DNA of 64,000 nucleotides from NCBI GenBank assembly GCA_951406725.2, contig OX597839.1, positions 15,376,001-15,440,000 of the forward strand, written 5' to 3'. Positions 28,136 through 40,726 of the stretch are shown one piece after another (the stretch's first letter is position 1; each line of letters opens with the position of its first letter). The stretch is from Octopus vulgaris (taxonomy: Eukaryota). The position numbers and the translations under genes were made by a program. The notes under the pieces are model-generated. The model had not been told where the DNA came from. It searched no databases and saw only the letters and a program-made list of their open reading frames with translations.

Positions 28136-28680
28136 GTAAGCACCGGTCTTCGATGAAGGATATATATATATATATGAAAAAACAAGTCAAAATAGAAAAT
28201 GCTAAAATAATTTTATAAAGAACATTTCAGTACCGGTTCCGTCATTTTGAGACCTTTTCAACTGTAACGATTAAATAATTAAATTTAGAAAATTTAAAAG
28301 AAAAGTTTTTTAAAGGAATATTTGTATAGTGTTCAAATATATGTGGCATTCTGCCTTTCTCTGTCTCCCTTGTTTGCACTTGTGTGTTCGAGGCCGTTGT
28401 GAATTCTTGGTAGGGTAGAAGAAGAAGAAGGTTGATGAGGAGAGGGGGTGGAAAAATTTGGGAGTGCCTTGATGGTCGTATTTTGAATGGTCAGTGGCGG
28501 CTAGCAGTTGCAGTTCAATTCAGGAGAATATTTCTATTGAAAGGTTTGTTTATGGAATTTGCGTAGGTGTTATACTAAAAAGCATTAGTGATAAAGTTAA
28601 GAGGTAGAAGGTGGAGAAGAAGAAGAAGAAGAAGAAGAAGAAGAAGAAGAAGAAGAAGAAAAAGAAGAAGATGACGATGT

Positions 28681-28711
<31 letters not shown>

Positions 28712-29195
28712 GGAGAAGGAGAAGAATAAGATGATGATGATGGTGATGATGATGACGACGATGATGATGATAACGATGATGATGAAGAAGAAGAAAAAAA
28801 AGAAGGGAGAATATGAATGGGTGAAAGTAGTGAGGTGTTGTATGACTTGAAGTTGGCACGTTATGGATTATAGCTGTGATTGGGGCTGATTTGTAATGGA
28901 TTCTTTGGAATGTAATATTTGTGTGTGTATTTCTTTTATTCTAAAGTTGAGGTATATTAATCGTTTGTCGTAGACCCGTTAAGAAGTGGCCTGTATTTTG
29001 TAATAAAGAGAGTTTCTTTACTTATTCGTTGTCTCGAGGTTGTATCGTCCCTAAATTGGTAGAGGGGGAAAATCCTGAAGCCTGGTGTTTTGTTGTTGGC
29101 GCAAGTATCTATGTGTTGGCTGAAAGCTATTTTTCTGTTTTGGGGAATTTTTATCTGGGATCTGTGCAGGGTCATTCTTTTACCCAAACTATTTT

Positions 29196-31028
29196 TTGTT
29201 TGGCCTATGTATGCTTGACACAACATACTATGAAAAGGCACAAAACTACAGTCAACAAAAAATAATGAGGGAACTAAAATCCATGTTAAACTCATACAAA
29301 GAAGGGCTCACCGACAAAGAATATGATTATATGACCAATTTCACAAGTAAAACCAGCCAATTCTACGGTATACCTAAGATACACAAAAGTGAGAAAATAA
29401 GCAACGCATGCAAGATAGCTACAGACAAAATAATTAAAGTCCCTAATCCTAATGACCTCAAATTGAGACCCATAATAGCAGGTCCCGCATGCGAAACCCA
29501 CCGCCTCAGTAACTTTTTAGACACCCTGTTAAAACCACTCCTCAAACATGTCAAAAGCTATATAAGGGACGACTTGGATATGCTCAATCACCTACCGAAT
29601 ACTATAAACAAAAACACCATACTGGTATCCTTCGATGTAGTCAACCTCTATTCCAATATCCCCCACAACCTAGGACTAGAGGCAATCCAATTCTGGCTAG
29701 AGAATCACGCCAACGAACTACCACATCGCATCAAAAAAGAATTCGTGATAGAAAGGGTTAAATTCATCCTGGAAAATAACTTCTTCGCCTTCAAAGACAA
29801 CTTCTACCGACAAAAATCGGGGACTGCGATGGGTACACGAATGGCCCCCTCCTTTGCCAACCTAGTCATAGGATATCTAGAGATCAGTCTGTATCGTAAG
29901 GTTCTAGAAAGATATGGCAGCCCTTTCTCCATCTACATAGAAAACAACTGGAAGAGATATCTAGATGACTGTTTCATTCTTTGGCATAAAAATATAGAAA
30001 AACTCATAGAATTCCAAGAAATTTTAAACGGACTGGACGTAAACATCCAATTCACGATGGAATATAGCCAGCAACAACTCCCCTTCCTCGATATCCTCAT
30101 TAAGAAAGCTAATAATGTAATAGAAACAGACATATATTATAAGCCTACATATTCTAAGCAATATCTTCCATTCAATTCATGCTACCCCAGACACACCAGG
30201 ATGAATATCCCCTTCAATCTAGCAAAAAGGATATGCACTATAGTCTCTAATGCAAACACCAGAGACACACGACTACAAGAACTAAAAGATACCCTTATCA
30301 CCAGGAACTACCCACCTTCACTTATTGACATGTGCATTCAACGTGCCCTTCAACTTAACATCAAGGAACTGAGACATCCCAAATCAAAGAAAAACTTACG
30401 ACCAAAAGCCTTACCATACATCTCCACACACAACCCTCTCGATAATGAAGCCTTCGGCACCATCCTCCACAACATACCCCTCCTAAAAAAAGACCACAGA
30501 ATGAACACAATCCTCCAAACACACACGATCATAAAAAGCAAGAGACAGCCTAAATCTATGAAAAGTCTCCTAACACAAGCCCGAATACACTCTTCAACAC
30601 AGAAGCCGACAGTAAAAAAATGTGGAAGACCCAATTGCGGGATATGCAATTATCTAATTGAGGGATCAGAGTTCTCCTTCAAACAGGGACAACGGTTTAC
30701 AGTGAAAAGCAATTTCACATGTGCTTCGGAGAACCTAATATACTCACTAACCTGCTCCGGGTGTCAAGAGCAGTACATAGGCCAAACAAAAGATAGTTTG
30801 CGTAAAAGAATGGCCCTGCACAGATCCCAGATAAAAATTCCCCAAAACAGAAAAATAGCTTTCAGCCAACACATAGATACTTGCGCCAACAACAAAACAC
30901 CAGGCTTCAGGATTTTCCCCCTCTACCAATTTAGGGACGATACAACCTCGAGACAACGAATAAGTAAAGAAACTCTCTTTATTACAAAATACAGGCCACT
31001 TCTTAACGGGTCTACGACAAACGATTAA
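29196..31028 (+). CDS. Penelope-like reverse transcriptase + GIY-YIG endonuclease (N-terminally truncated; homology starts ~29211)
   Basis: FYGIPKIHK, LRPII, SFDVVNLYSNIP, GTAMGT, RYLDD, FLDI, CGRPNCGIC linker, LIYSLTCSGCQEQYIGQT..H..H. Confidence 0.9.
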   Translation: MFGLCMLDTTYYEKAQNYSQQKIMRELKSMLNSYKEGLTDKEYDYMTNFTSKTSQFYGIPKIHKSEKISNACKIATDKIIKVPNPNDLKLRPIIAGPACETHRLSNFLDTLLKPLLKHVKSYIRDDLDMLNHLPNTINKNTILVSFDVVNLYSNIPHNLGLEAIQFWLENHANELPHRIKKEFVIERVKFILENNFFAFKDNFYRQKSGTAMGTRMAPSFANLVIGYLEISLYRKVLERYGSPFSIYIENNWKRYLDDCFILWHKNIEKLIEFQEILNGLDVNIQFTMEYSQQQLPFLDILIKKANNVIETDIYYKPTYSKQYLPFNSCYPRHTRMNIPFNLAKRICTIVSNANTRDTRLQELKDTLITRNYPPSLIDMCIQRALQLNIKELRHPKSKKNLRPKALPYISTHNPLDNEAFGTILHNIPLLKKDHRMNTILQTHTIIKSKRQPKSMKSLLTQARIHSSTQKPTVKKCGRPNCGICNYLIEGSEFSFKQGQRFTVKSNFTCASENLIYSLTCSGCQEQYIGQTKDSLRKRMALHRSQIKIPQNRKIAFSQHIDTCANNKTPGFRIFPLYQFRDDTTSRQRISKETLFITKYRPLLNGSTTND

Positions 31029-31273
31029 TATACCTCAACTTTAGAATAAAAGAAATACACACACAAATATTACATTCCAAAGAATCCATTACAAATCAGC
31101 CCCAATCACAGCTATAATCCATAACGTGCCAACTTCAAGTCATACAACACCTCACTACTTTCACCCATTCATATTCTCCCTTCTCTTTTTTCTTCTTCTT
31201 CATCATCATCGTTATCATCATCATCGTCGTCATCATCATCACCATCATCATCATCTTATTCTTCTCCTTCTCC

Positions 31274-31307
<34 letters not shown>

Positions 31308-31723
31308 ACATCGTCATCTTCTTCTTTTTCTTCTTCTTCTTCTTCTTCTTCTTCTTCTTCTTCTTCTTCTTCTCCACCTTCTACCTCTTAACTTTATCAC
31401 TAATGCTTTTTAGTATAACACCTACGCAAATTCCATAAACAAACCTTTCAATAGAAATATTCTCCTGAATTGAACTGCAACTGCTAGCCGCCACTGACCA
31501 TTCAAAATACGACCATCAAGGCACTCCCAAATTTTTCCACCCCCTCTCCTCATCAACCTTCTTCTTCTTCTACCCTACCAAGAATTCACAACGGCCTCGA
31601 ACACACAAGTGCAAACAAGGGAGACAGAGAAAGGCAGAATGCCACTTATATTTGAACACTATACAAATATTCCTTTAAAAAACTTTTCTTTTAATTTTTC
31701 TAAATTTAATTATTTAATCGTTA

Positions 31724-31761
31724 CAGTTGAAAAGGTCTCAAAATGACCGAAACCGGTACTG
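31724..31761 (+). ncRNA. Minimal hammerhead ribozyme in PLE pLTR, U3-A8 variant (predicted)
   Basis: cag-TTGAAAA-ggtc tcaaaat gacc-GAAA-ccgg-TA-ctg. Confidence 0.7.
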
Positions 31762-31846
31762 AAATGTTCTTTATAAAATTATTTTAGCATTTTCTATTTT
31801 GACTTGTTTTTTCATATATATCAACTCGTGTGTTCCTTTTCACCCT

Positions 31847-31929
<83 letters not shown>

Positions 31930-32583
31930 ATACAAAGATATATATATATAAATATATATTTATAAATACATATATAAGTATATATTTATAAATACATATA
32001 TAAATATATATATATATATATATAAAGGTATATTCATAATAGATATATAAATATATATTTATAAACGTATATATAAATATATATTTATAAATATATATAT
32101 ATAGATATATATTTATAAATGTATATATAGATATATATTTATAAATGTATATATAGATACATATTTATACATGTATATATAAATATATATTTATAAATGC
32201 ATATATAATGATATATATATTTATTTATTTATAAATATATATATAAATATATTTCGTTTTGGGATTTGGTTTGCAAGATTCTTTATGTGAGTTCGTGTGT
32301 TGAAGCATATTCTGTTTGGTATCTGGAGAGAGTCGTTTTGTTTTTCTGTCTTATAATTTAACACACTCACCGATTAAATTTCCACTTATTCCTTATTTTT
32401 ATTTTCCTAAAGTTTTCATTACGTCTTGAAACCTTTTTGGAGAGATAGATAGACAGACAGACAAGGAGACAGAGATGCACGTGTATATAAATGTATATGT
32501 GTGTTATTCTGTGTAAGTACATATATGTACATAACTCCATAAGTAAATGGAGTTAAACGCAAGTGTTATTCAAATTGTTTTAC

Positions 32584-32669
32584 TTCCGACACATGTTTCG
32601 AAGATATCACTAGTATTATTCCAAAGGAATAAAAATGGTGTGAAACAATGTAATCTTCTGTTCAGGGAA
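32584..32669 (-). ncRNA. Degenerate hammerhead fold with long stem II insertion
   Basis: uucc-CUGAACA-gaagau..aucuuc-GAAA-caugug-UC-ggaa; G8 is changed to C. Confidence 0.45.
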
Positions 32670-33451
32670 ATGAAGAAATGGAACTTGTCAATAAGACATT
32701 TTAACAGAAAATGATGGATATGTATAGAGATTAACTGAACGCTATTAAGCTTGTTTCAAAAAACGTTATAGGATATAACGTCAAATGTTGCCCATAGAAA
32801 GAAGAGGGATAAAGGAAAGAAAATCTAAATAAATGCCAAGTATATAACTTCATTTATTTATTTATATATATTATACAAAATATTTCACGTAAACCCGAAG
32901 TTTCTACCTTTGAAAACAAGGAGTTACAACCTTTCTACTTGTGTGAATTTTTGCTACCCTGGTAACTATTTATATATATTTTTCCGTGTTAATTCTTAAC
33001 AAGGAAAAAATACACACATCTATTTATATATATGTATATATATGTATATTTTTATGTATGCTAGTTGCGTCATCTGATAAAATGTGTGTCACTCCATATT
33101 CATTACAATATTCAGCTCAGATTTAATTTTTTAGCATTACTTTAAAAGGTATTTTCTAAGGAGTATAATTTGGAACGCCTTTTGTGTGCAGCGCAACACT
33201 GATACATGAGTAGTAAATATTGCATCTGTGCAGACACAACAAGCCTAAAGAGTTGCCGACACATTAGTAGCTATATATGTATGTGCAGTCACACACACAC
33301 ACACATACATACACACACATGTATGCATATATGAATGTCTGTGAGTGAGTATGCGTATAGACACACAGACACACGCGCACAGCGTAAAAGTACGTCAGTC
33401 TATTTCGATGATATTGTAGACCAGTTGTTCGAAAAAACTGAACAACAATAT

Positions 33452-33612
33452 GCGCAGGAGTGGCTGTGTGGTAAGTTCTTGCTTACCAACCACATGGTTC
33501 TGGGTTCAGTTCCACTGCGTGGCATCTAGGGCAAGTGTCTTCTACAATAGTCTCGGGCCGACCAAAGCCTTGTGAGTGGATTTGGTAGTCGGAAACTGAT
33601 AGAAGCCGGTCG

Positions 33613-33646
<34 letters not shown>

Positions 33647-33817
33647 CAAATTGAGGTAGGGGTTGTAAATGCAACCCTCCATGGGATAACATATATCCAA
33701 TATACTGCTAGTGAAGTACCCAACAAAGTTAATACATAAATGTTAAGGATTGCGATACAATCAATTCATTTACTGTATTATATGGGCAAAGGTAAACTGA
33801 TTTACCACAAATTACTA

Positions 33818-33873
<56 letters not shown>

Positions 33874-34085
33874 TTGTGTGTCTGTGTCTGTCCCCCTAGC
33901 ATTGCTTGACAACCGATGCTGGTGTGTTTACGTCGCCGTTATATAGCAGTTCGGCAAAAGAGAGCGATAGAATAAGTACTGGGCTTACAAAGAATAAGTC
34001 CCGGGGTCGATTTGTTCGACTAAAGGCGGTGCTCCAGCATGGACGCAGTCAAACGACTGAAACAAGTAAAAGAGTAAAAAGAGTA
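33452..34085 (+). mobile_element. SINE family B with a ~175-bp insertion in its internal (TA)n
   Basis: Head/core 33452-33612, insert ~33647-33820, tail 33870-34085. Confidence 0.8.
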
Positions 34086-34789
34086 ACCTTTTTGTCTTAG
34101 CATGTAACTGAATAACCCAGACATACGACACAACGTATGGTAAAACTGGTCCTTTGAATTACAAATACATTGCTTCCGAAAAGCTCTCACCCTTAGTTAT
34201 GACGACAATTGTTATAGAAAGGAATAATTTTGATCAAAAATATATTCATTAATTAAAATTAACTTTGTGATACTGTGAAGATTCAGTGAGATTGTTATCA
34301 GTGCAGTGACTATTCCGAAAATATTTCGTTATTATCAGAGCTCATTAGCAAAATATAGCCTTCCACTATCAGATCTTAGTACGATGCGAGAAATGAAGCT
34401 TTCGAGAATGAACACTAGGTGACGATATAAAAAGAATGAGTAAACAATATATCTGAGGGATGTCTCATTAGAACTAAATCGTTACGTAGACAATAAACGA
34501 CAGCCTACTGATGTTGTAGGGCAACTGCATTTAAGATTACACTCTTAATGGTATACACTACGTTTTCTAATTAGTTTGACTTTAATAAAACATTTTGGAT
34601 AAAAGAACATGTAATTGAATATTTTACATTGGTAAAAAAATTGAATAATTATTGTAGATTTTTCATATATATGCACATTTTAATTTTTGTCAGGGAAGGA
34701 TTGAGTGCATTGTACCTCAGTTTATTACTGGTATTTATTTCGTAGAAGGCACCCTACTATTTCTACTTATTTTACGAATTAAAGTTAAT

Positions 34790-35218
34790 AATTCTTTCTA
34801 CAAGGTACAAGGCCAGGAAATTTGTTGGGAGGGGGCTGGTCGATCACATCAACCCTTGTACGTAACTGGTACTTATTTTATCAACCCCGAAAGGATGAAA
34901 AACAGAGTTGACTTCGGCGGAATTTTAACTCAGAACGTTCCGAGTGGGCGAAATACTGCTTAGCATTTTGTCCAACACGCTAATGATTCTGCGAGCACGC
35001 GGCCATTTTAATGATGGTTTCAAAAAGGCTAGAAATTTTAGGGGACGGAATAGTCGATTGTGTCGACCCCAGAACTTGAATGGTACTTTATGTTATTGAT
35101 TCTGGATGGGGCGAACGACAAATGTGACTTCGGTGAAATTTGAACTTAGAATGTAAAGAGCCGGAACAAATACCACGCGAGATTTTTGCGACGTTCTAAC
35201 AATACAGCCAGCTAACCG
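34790..35218 (-). mobile_element. Two tandem decayed SINE family A copies
   Basis: Reverse complement of the core at ~34860-34925 and ~35075-35145. Confidence 0.65.
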
Positions 35219-35604
35219 ACGATGATTTATTTACCACAAGGGCATCAGAGGAAGAAGGCATTATAGCATTTTGATAAATTAACCATGTCTTAAAAGTAAC
35301 CCCACCCGCCGCACAGGTTTGCGTTAGTCATCGGAAAAACAAGCCAGCTCTCTTGTTATCTTCAGGGATAGGGGGTAAACTATTTTTAGCTTTTCAAAAA
35401 CATCAATAGTGAGTTTAGCGACATTACTGGTGTTTTTAATGACATCAATGGTATTTTAGCGACATTAACGGTGTTTTTGGCGACAAAAAATAGACACAGC
35501 TTTACACTTGACTCTATTTTTATTAATAAGGTTAGGGATCTTTGAAATTCTTCAACTGGTCACCAGATGTTAAACTGGTGTGTGTGTGTGCGCGCGCGTG
35601 TACG

Positions 35605-35659
<55 letters not shown>

Positions 35660-36359
35660 CTGCGTGCGTGCGTGCGTGTGAGTATAAATTCAAGTTGTTT
35701 ATAGTATCACCTGTGGTGAAGCCCATATCCCATTGTATCGTTGGGTCACCAACGGAGATTCACCTATATTTACATTGTATTGAGGACGGGTTATTTTGGT
35801 GGATTTCTGTCCCACGCAAATTGCTTTAATGGCAAGACTTTCCACTCTAATTTTCTGATATTTAAATATTTTTCACTTACTTAGTGACTTCCCTAATACT
35901 ACTTTGGCAGGAATAGTAAAGTTAGGCTTCGATGAGGATGTCTAACATGATCAAAACGTGTACATTTACTGAAATGATTAAAACTACATTAGTCTTTGAA
36001 TTAATCTTCTCACTGCATTAATATTTCTAATTAGGTCTTTTGCTTTGCATCAATATGTTAACTCTAACATAACTAAATACACCAGTTATGTGTATGCTTA
36101 CAAGCACACACGCCTCCACAAACTCGGACAAGCACAGAAACACACAGTTATACATGTGTGGCTGGTAGATGTGTGATGATCGCTAGTACTTGAACTGATT
36201 AGCTAACTGCAAACGAACGAGCTTTATTTTTTTTTTAGAGAGAGTTTGGATGTTATAGTAATTAATGTAATTGAAATAGTATTACAACAAATGTGAGAGT
36301 TTAAATGTTATTGATGTTTTGAAAAGAACTTGCAGATGCAAGTGTTACCAGTAGAAAGC

Positions 36360-36990
36360 TCCGCATACCGGATGCTAGCAAGTTTATGGGGTTATTTTTG
36401 AGGCCTTCCTCTCGACAGCATTACTGTGCACTGCCCCTCCCCCACTAATATCAGACTTCGCTTGCTTGACCAACTACTTGTTAAGTCTCGTTCAATATTT
36501 TAGTCATTACTCGTCGTCTCTTTTTAACTAAATCGAGTGGCTTGCCTTCTCCACTGTAGTCTAGATATCACTCATGGTAATATTTGCTTCACGATGACTT
36601 AGGCCTAGCGACAACAACAGTCGTCTCACACTGTGCCTAATGAATCCTCTATATCGAACTTTGATTGGAAAATGCTCTGCTTCCCAGTTTACCTTTTTCA
36701 CATTCTTCGAGGAGGTTTTTATATCGGTTGATCTTTCGAGTCCGAGCGGCGTCCATGTTATCTTCATGAGGAACCGTTAACTCGTCTAGATTTACTACTT
36801 TCTTTCCCTCACACCACATGATAATATCTGACTTCGTAACTGGAATGATTTTTAGCACCCTGGTCAATCTACAACCGCCTTCCAATAGCCGTTTCACTTT
36901 TCATCGTCCACAAGAAGCTTCTTCTTCAAACAGATCTACTGTCCTAAACGCACAAGGTAATAACATCTCTGGTTGGTTTCTTCTGTGGTT
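36360..36990 (-). mobile_element. Hero-type non-LTR fragment with restriction-like endonuclease
   Basis: DIIMW..ELTVPHEDNMDAARTRK..RY..L..EC, then WEAEHFPIKVRYRGF. Confidence 0.75.
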
Positions 36991-37634
36991 TTTTGCCACT
37001 GATGATGAGAGCAATTTTAGTTCTTTGAAGCATGCACCATGCTCTGCATGTCACATGCATTGTATGAAGCAAGAGCGTAAAGTATGATATGCTAGCCAAA
37101 ATAATTTAAAACAGAATGAGAAAGAAAGTATTATAACAGTGGTCAATATATTGAGGCAGTGAATCGAATAAATATTCGTGAGAACTAAGACTTAAGACTG
37201 CCAAAGGTGAAAACGGCCGTTCTCGTTTTGTTGTCTGAGGCCAAAATATAAACCATACTCTGATGTGGAAGTCAACACCTCTCTTGTCATCAATGTGTTA
37301 ATACAGAAGACATTTATAGAGCACCAATAAGTTGTCTGTAAACCTAGTACCTACACTGTATTCTTACTTTAGATAATACCTGTGTTTATTGAAATATTTG
37401 GTTATTTCACTGACTATCTCGACACTAATCTCGCAAGTTAGGGATTCAAAAATCTAAAAAGAACGGAAATATAATTTGCAGTCACGAGCCATATATAGAA
37501 CTGTAAAAAAATATATAAAACATTTATAAAATATCTTCCAGAAGTTTTGTATGAATCATGTAATACATTCATATATATAGACATGCAAACTCATGCATAC
37601 ATACACACATAAACATACCTACAATTATATGTTT

Positions 37635-37695
<61 letters not shown>

Positions 37696-38467
37696 TTTGT
37701 TTGAAAGTTATCTTTAATATCCACCCTTTAAAAATGCAACATATGTACGCGAACAAGGAGGTGGGTGTAGACAATAGCTACAAGTGCAGTACCATGGCTA
37801 GTAACTGAAATGTCAGTGGATATACATGTTCAAAATAACATGGAGTTTGTTTAGCTTAAACTCAAACCTTCTCATGTTGCAAAAATAATTTTAAGCAAAC
37901 TTCAATTTTATAGTGATCCACATAGATTTGTTAGAACCCTGGACAAACTGCCTGCCGAATTTAGCTATGGTCCTTTGTGTTCTGAGTCCAAATACTGCAT
38001 TGATCATTTTTACCTTTCCTCCTTTTATCACCGAAAAAGTCAATAAAACAGCCAATCAAGTATTGTGTGTGGTTTAATAGTGTTTTGAAGAATCTTAGAA
38101 GGAAATTATAATAGAAAACTAAACCCACTTTTCATATCCCTAACCTCAGCAATATATCCTTGGTCCCCAACCACATAATTATCTGCCCTTATTTAGGTAT
38201 ATTTTATGTCGTTGTTGGTAAAAATAGAGTCGTTCTTTACAGGTTTCTGCCAAGTCTATCACAAATTCAGAGGATTTCTGACAGTTAAACTAATATATCG
38301 ATGTCTGTAATCCGGTGCAAAAACAAATGCCGCAAGGGGAAAGCACAAGCTTTTCGGTTTTATCACCGATACATTCAACCTTTTTCCATGTAAGACATAC
38401 ATATCCATACTTTCAAATATACGCATATATACATACGCATATAAAAACAAAATCACAACATATACAT

Positions 38468-40009
38468 TTCAGGGCCAAATTCACTCCCTTCAGCACTACG
38501 TCCAACTCAGCGACATTGATGTGGTTGTAGTCGTCTGCTTTTCGAAGCCAGGTGGCATCCTCCACTTCGGTACCTCCGATTTCCAAGACGCCTATCGCAA
38601 TGCTGCTAGCATCACACCATGCGGTCCCGCTATCCGATTTGGGCATATGCCAGTTCCCTCTTCCGCTCTCGTCCTCTCCAGGATTTCTCACATCATCGCC
38701 ATCGTCCCCTCTCTCACTTTGTCACTCCAGTTCTCCCCTTCTCTTGGTGTAATTGCATGCCGTACGCAGCCACCCCGCGATCGGGTAGTGACCTACTAAC
38801 TTCCCGCACATTGAGAACAGTTCTCTCATGCTGACGTTGGTACCCAACTCCGGGATCTCGTTCCCTCAACGAAGCACAAACTCGCCTATTCATACTCTCT
38901 GAAGCTTAAGTCCCAGTGCAGCTCCTCCAACCATTAGCTCCTGTGGTTTTACAATCAACCCGAATTTCTTCAAATGTCTCACAACCTCTGTGGCAGGCAC
39001 TACGGTCTTGTGCACTAGGATGTCATCTATGTAGGAATTGGTGGCCTTTATTGTCCTATTCACCTTTCCCATGATGGATTTGAGCAAGGTCGCTATGATC
39101 TTCGGAGCAGAATTCAGCTCGAAACCCAGCCTTCTCAGACAATACGTCCGGCCCTTGTATCGCGCCAGTTGGTACTGCCATAGTTTCTCTCTCATATGGA
39201 ACTGCAAATATTCCGACTTCAGGTCGGCGATCGTCGCCGCCTTCGTCGACTGCCTCCGTATTCGCAGCGTCTCATCGCAGACGTCGGTCGCCTCGCCATC
39301 TCTGTGGCACGATATATGGCCGTTCATCTCCCGAAAGTCCAGTACCGATCTAACTTTGCCCATTGTTGGCTTGCACCACTGCCATTAGAGGTAGCACTCC
39401 GATCACCACCTCATCTTTCTACCGGATAAGGATACCTTCCTTAATCCACTTCTCTACCTCTTCTTCAAACTCGCCCCTGGCGTGCACTTTCAGAGTATTC
39501 TGGTAGCAACTCACCTTGCTCATCAGCGTCGGGGGTTCCCCTTTCCAGCGCCACTCTATCGTCCATCGCTGTCCATCGAAAACCGCCCGAAAATCCTTCT
39601 CTTCAATGGCGTATGCAGTGCAGCTCCTCGCAGGGCTCTGCTGCCGCTCACATTCCTGACTCACGGCGCACGACGCCTCCACAGCAACAAACGAAACCAT
39701 ATCTCCTCCAATACTGACACCTCCATGGTGGTCGATTGCGTCCATCCCCATTACCACGTCGATCCCATCTACCACGTGGTCGATCACAATTGCCCGAAAC
39801 CTTAGTGTTGTGCCTCGCACCGCTATATCCACATCGCTGCTACCCTTGCATTCGATTACGCTACCGTCGATTGTCCGAACGCTACTCATCCCCTTCTGTT
39901 TCTTTGTCACCCTCGGGATCGCGAGAGTCGTCGTGCAGCCCGTGTCCACGAGGGCCTTGAACGTGTTTCTCCTAACCACGACCTCAACCACAGGCAGTGA
40001 CTTCACCAA
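38468..40009 (-). pseudogene. pol: pol fragment: aspartic protease, RT, RNase H
   Basis: ALVDTGC; VLDFREMN, ADLKSEYLQ, YIDD; WCDASS..HINVAEL. Confidence 0.85.
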
Positions 40010-40014
40010 CGCCT

Positions 40015-40726
40015 CTACTCATTCGGAGGGTAAGTTTGAGAGGCAACAACTTCCCTGTGACCTTTTCTCTTGCTATAATTTCGGGCGATATACCCAATCT
40101 CTTTACACCGGTAGCAAACTGGTCCGGGATCCGTGTAGTCCCTCGCCATGTGCGGCCCTTGGCACTTAAAACACCGTCCTGAGATGACCGCTGTCGTTCC
40201 ACAGCAGGTCTCGGGCTTCTGCAGCCGCAATCACCACTGCCTTCCGCGCGGGCTTGAACCCTGAGCTCGCTCATCACCATTTTGTTGCCGCCTGACAACT
40301 GTTGTAATCGCACTGACACGTCGTCGGGAAAGCCGTTCAAAAAGCCAGTCGCGCTACTTTCTCAAATCCCTCACCGGTAAGAGCAGACAACACAACCAGC
40401 CTCCGTACCTCCGCAGCGTATTGGTCGACCTGTTCCCCTCTCCATCTGATCGTTCCCAGCTTAGCAAAAGCGGCTTACTCTTCATCTGTGTAAACCTCTC
40501 TTAAGCGCTGCTCGATCTTCGCTGCGCTCAGCTGTTCTTCTTCATCCATTTCAAGGTACAATGCCAGCGCACTCCCCTCCAAGTACAGTGCCATGATGCT
40601 CGCTACATCTTCGATGCCTTGTATCTTGGCCACAACTTTGACCTTTCGAATCCAAGCTACTACGTCACCTTCGCCATAGAAAGGTCTGATGACATCACTA
40701 TCGATCCTTATCTTCGCTGCCATCAT
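40015..40726 (-). pseudogene. gag: gag fragment with two degenerate CCHC knuckles
   Basis: IRPFYGEGDVVAWIRKV..; CFKCQGPHMARD, CYRCKEIGYIARN. Confidence 0.75.

Larger units (their letters stand above)
27568..28160 (-). mobile_element. Tandem ~353-356-bp repeat (1.7 units) with one HHR per unit; candidate non-LTR retrozyme
   Basis: 27568-27807 is repeated at 27924-28160; flanked by (TA)n; no credible ORF; dense hairpins. Confidence 0.8.
28175..31848 (+). mobile_element. Penelope-like retroelement (Neptune-like), 5'-truncated with ~1-kb inverted pLTR arm
   Basis: 28175-29211 is the reverse complement of ~30774-31815; RT-EN ORF; HHR in the 3' region; sits in (TA)n/(CA)n. Confidence 0.92.

Noticed and set aside
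27618-28156. Duplicated 61-aa ORF
   Set aside because: By-product of the tandem repeat; no coding evidence
28575-31413. Poly-His/Leu/Lys/Met ORFs
   Set aside because: Trinucleotide tracts inside the PLE pLTR and its inverted copy
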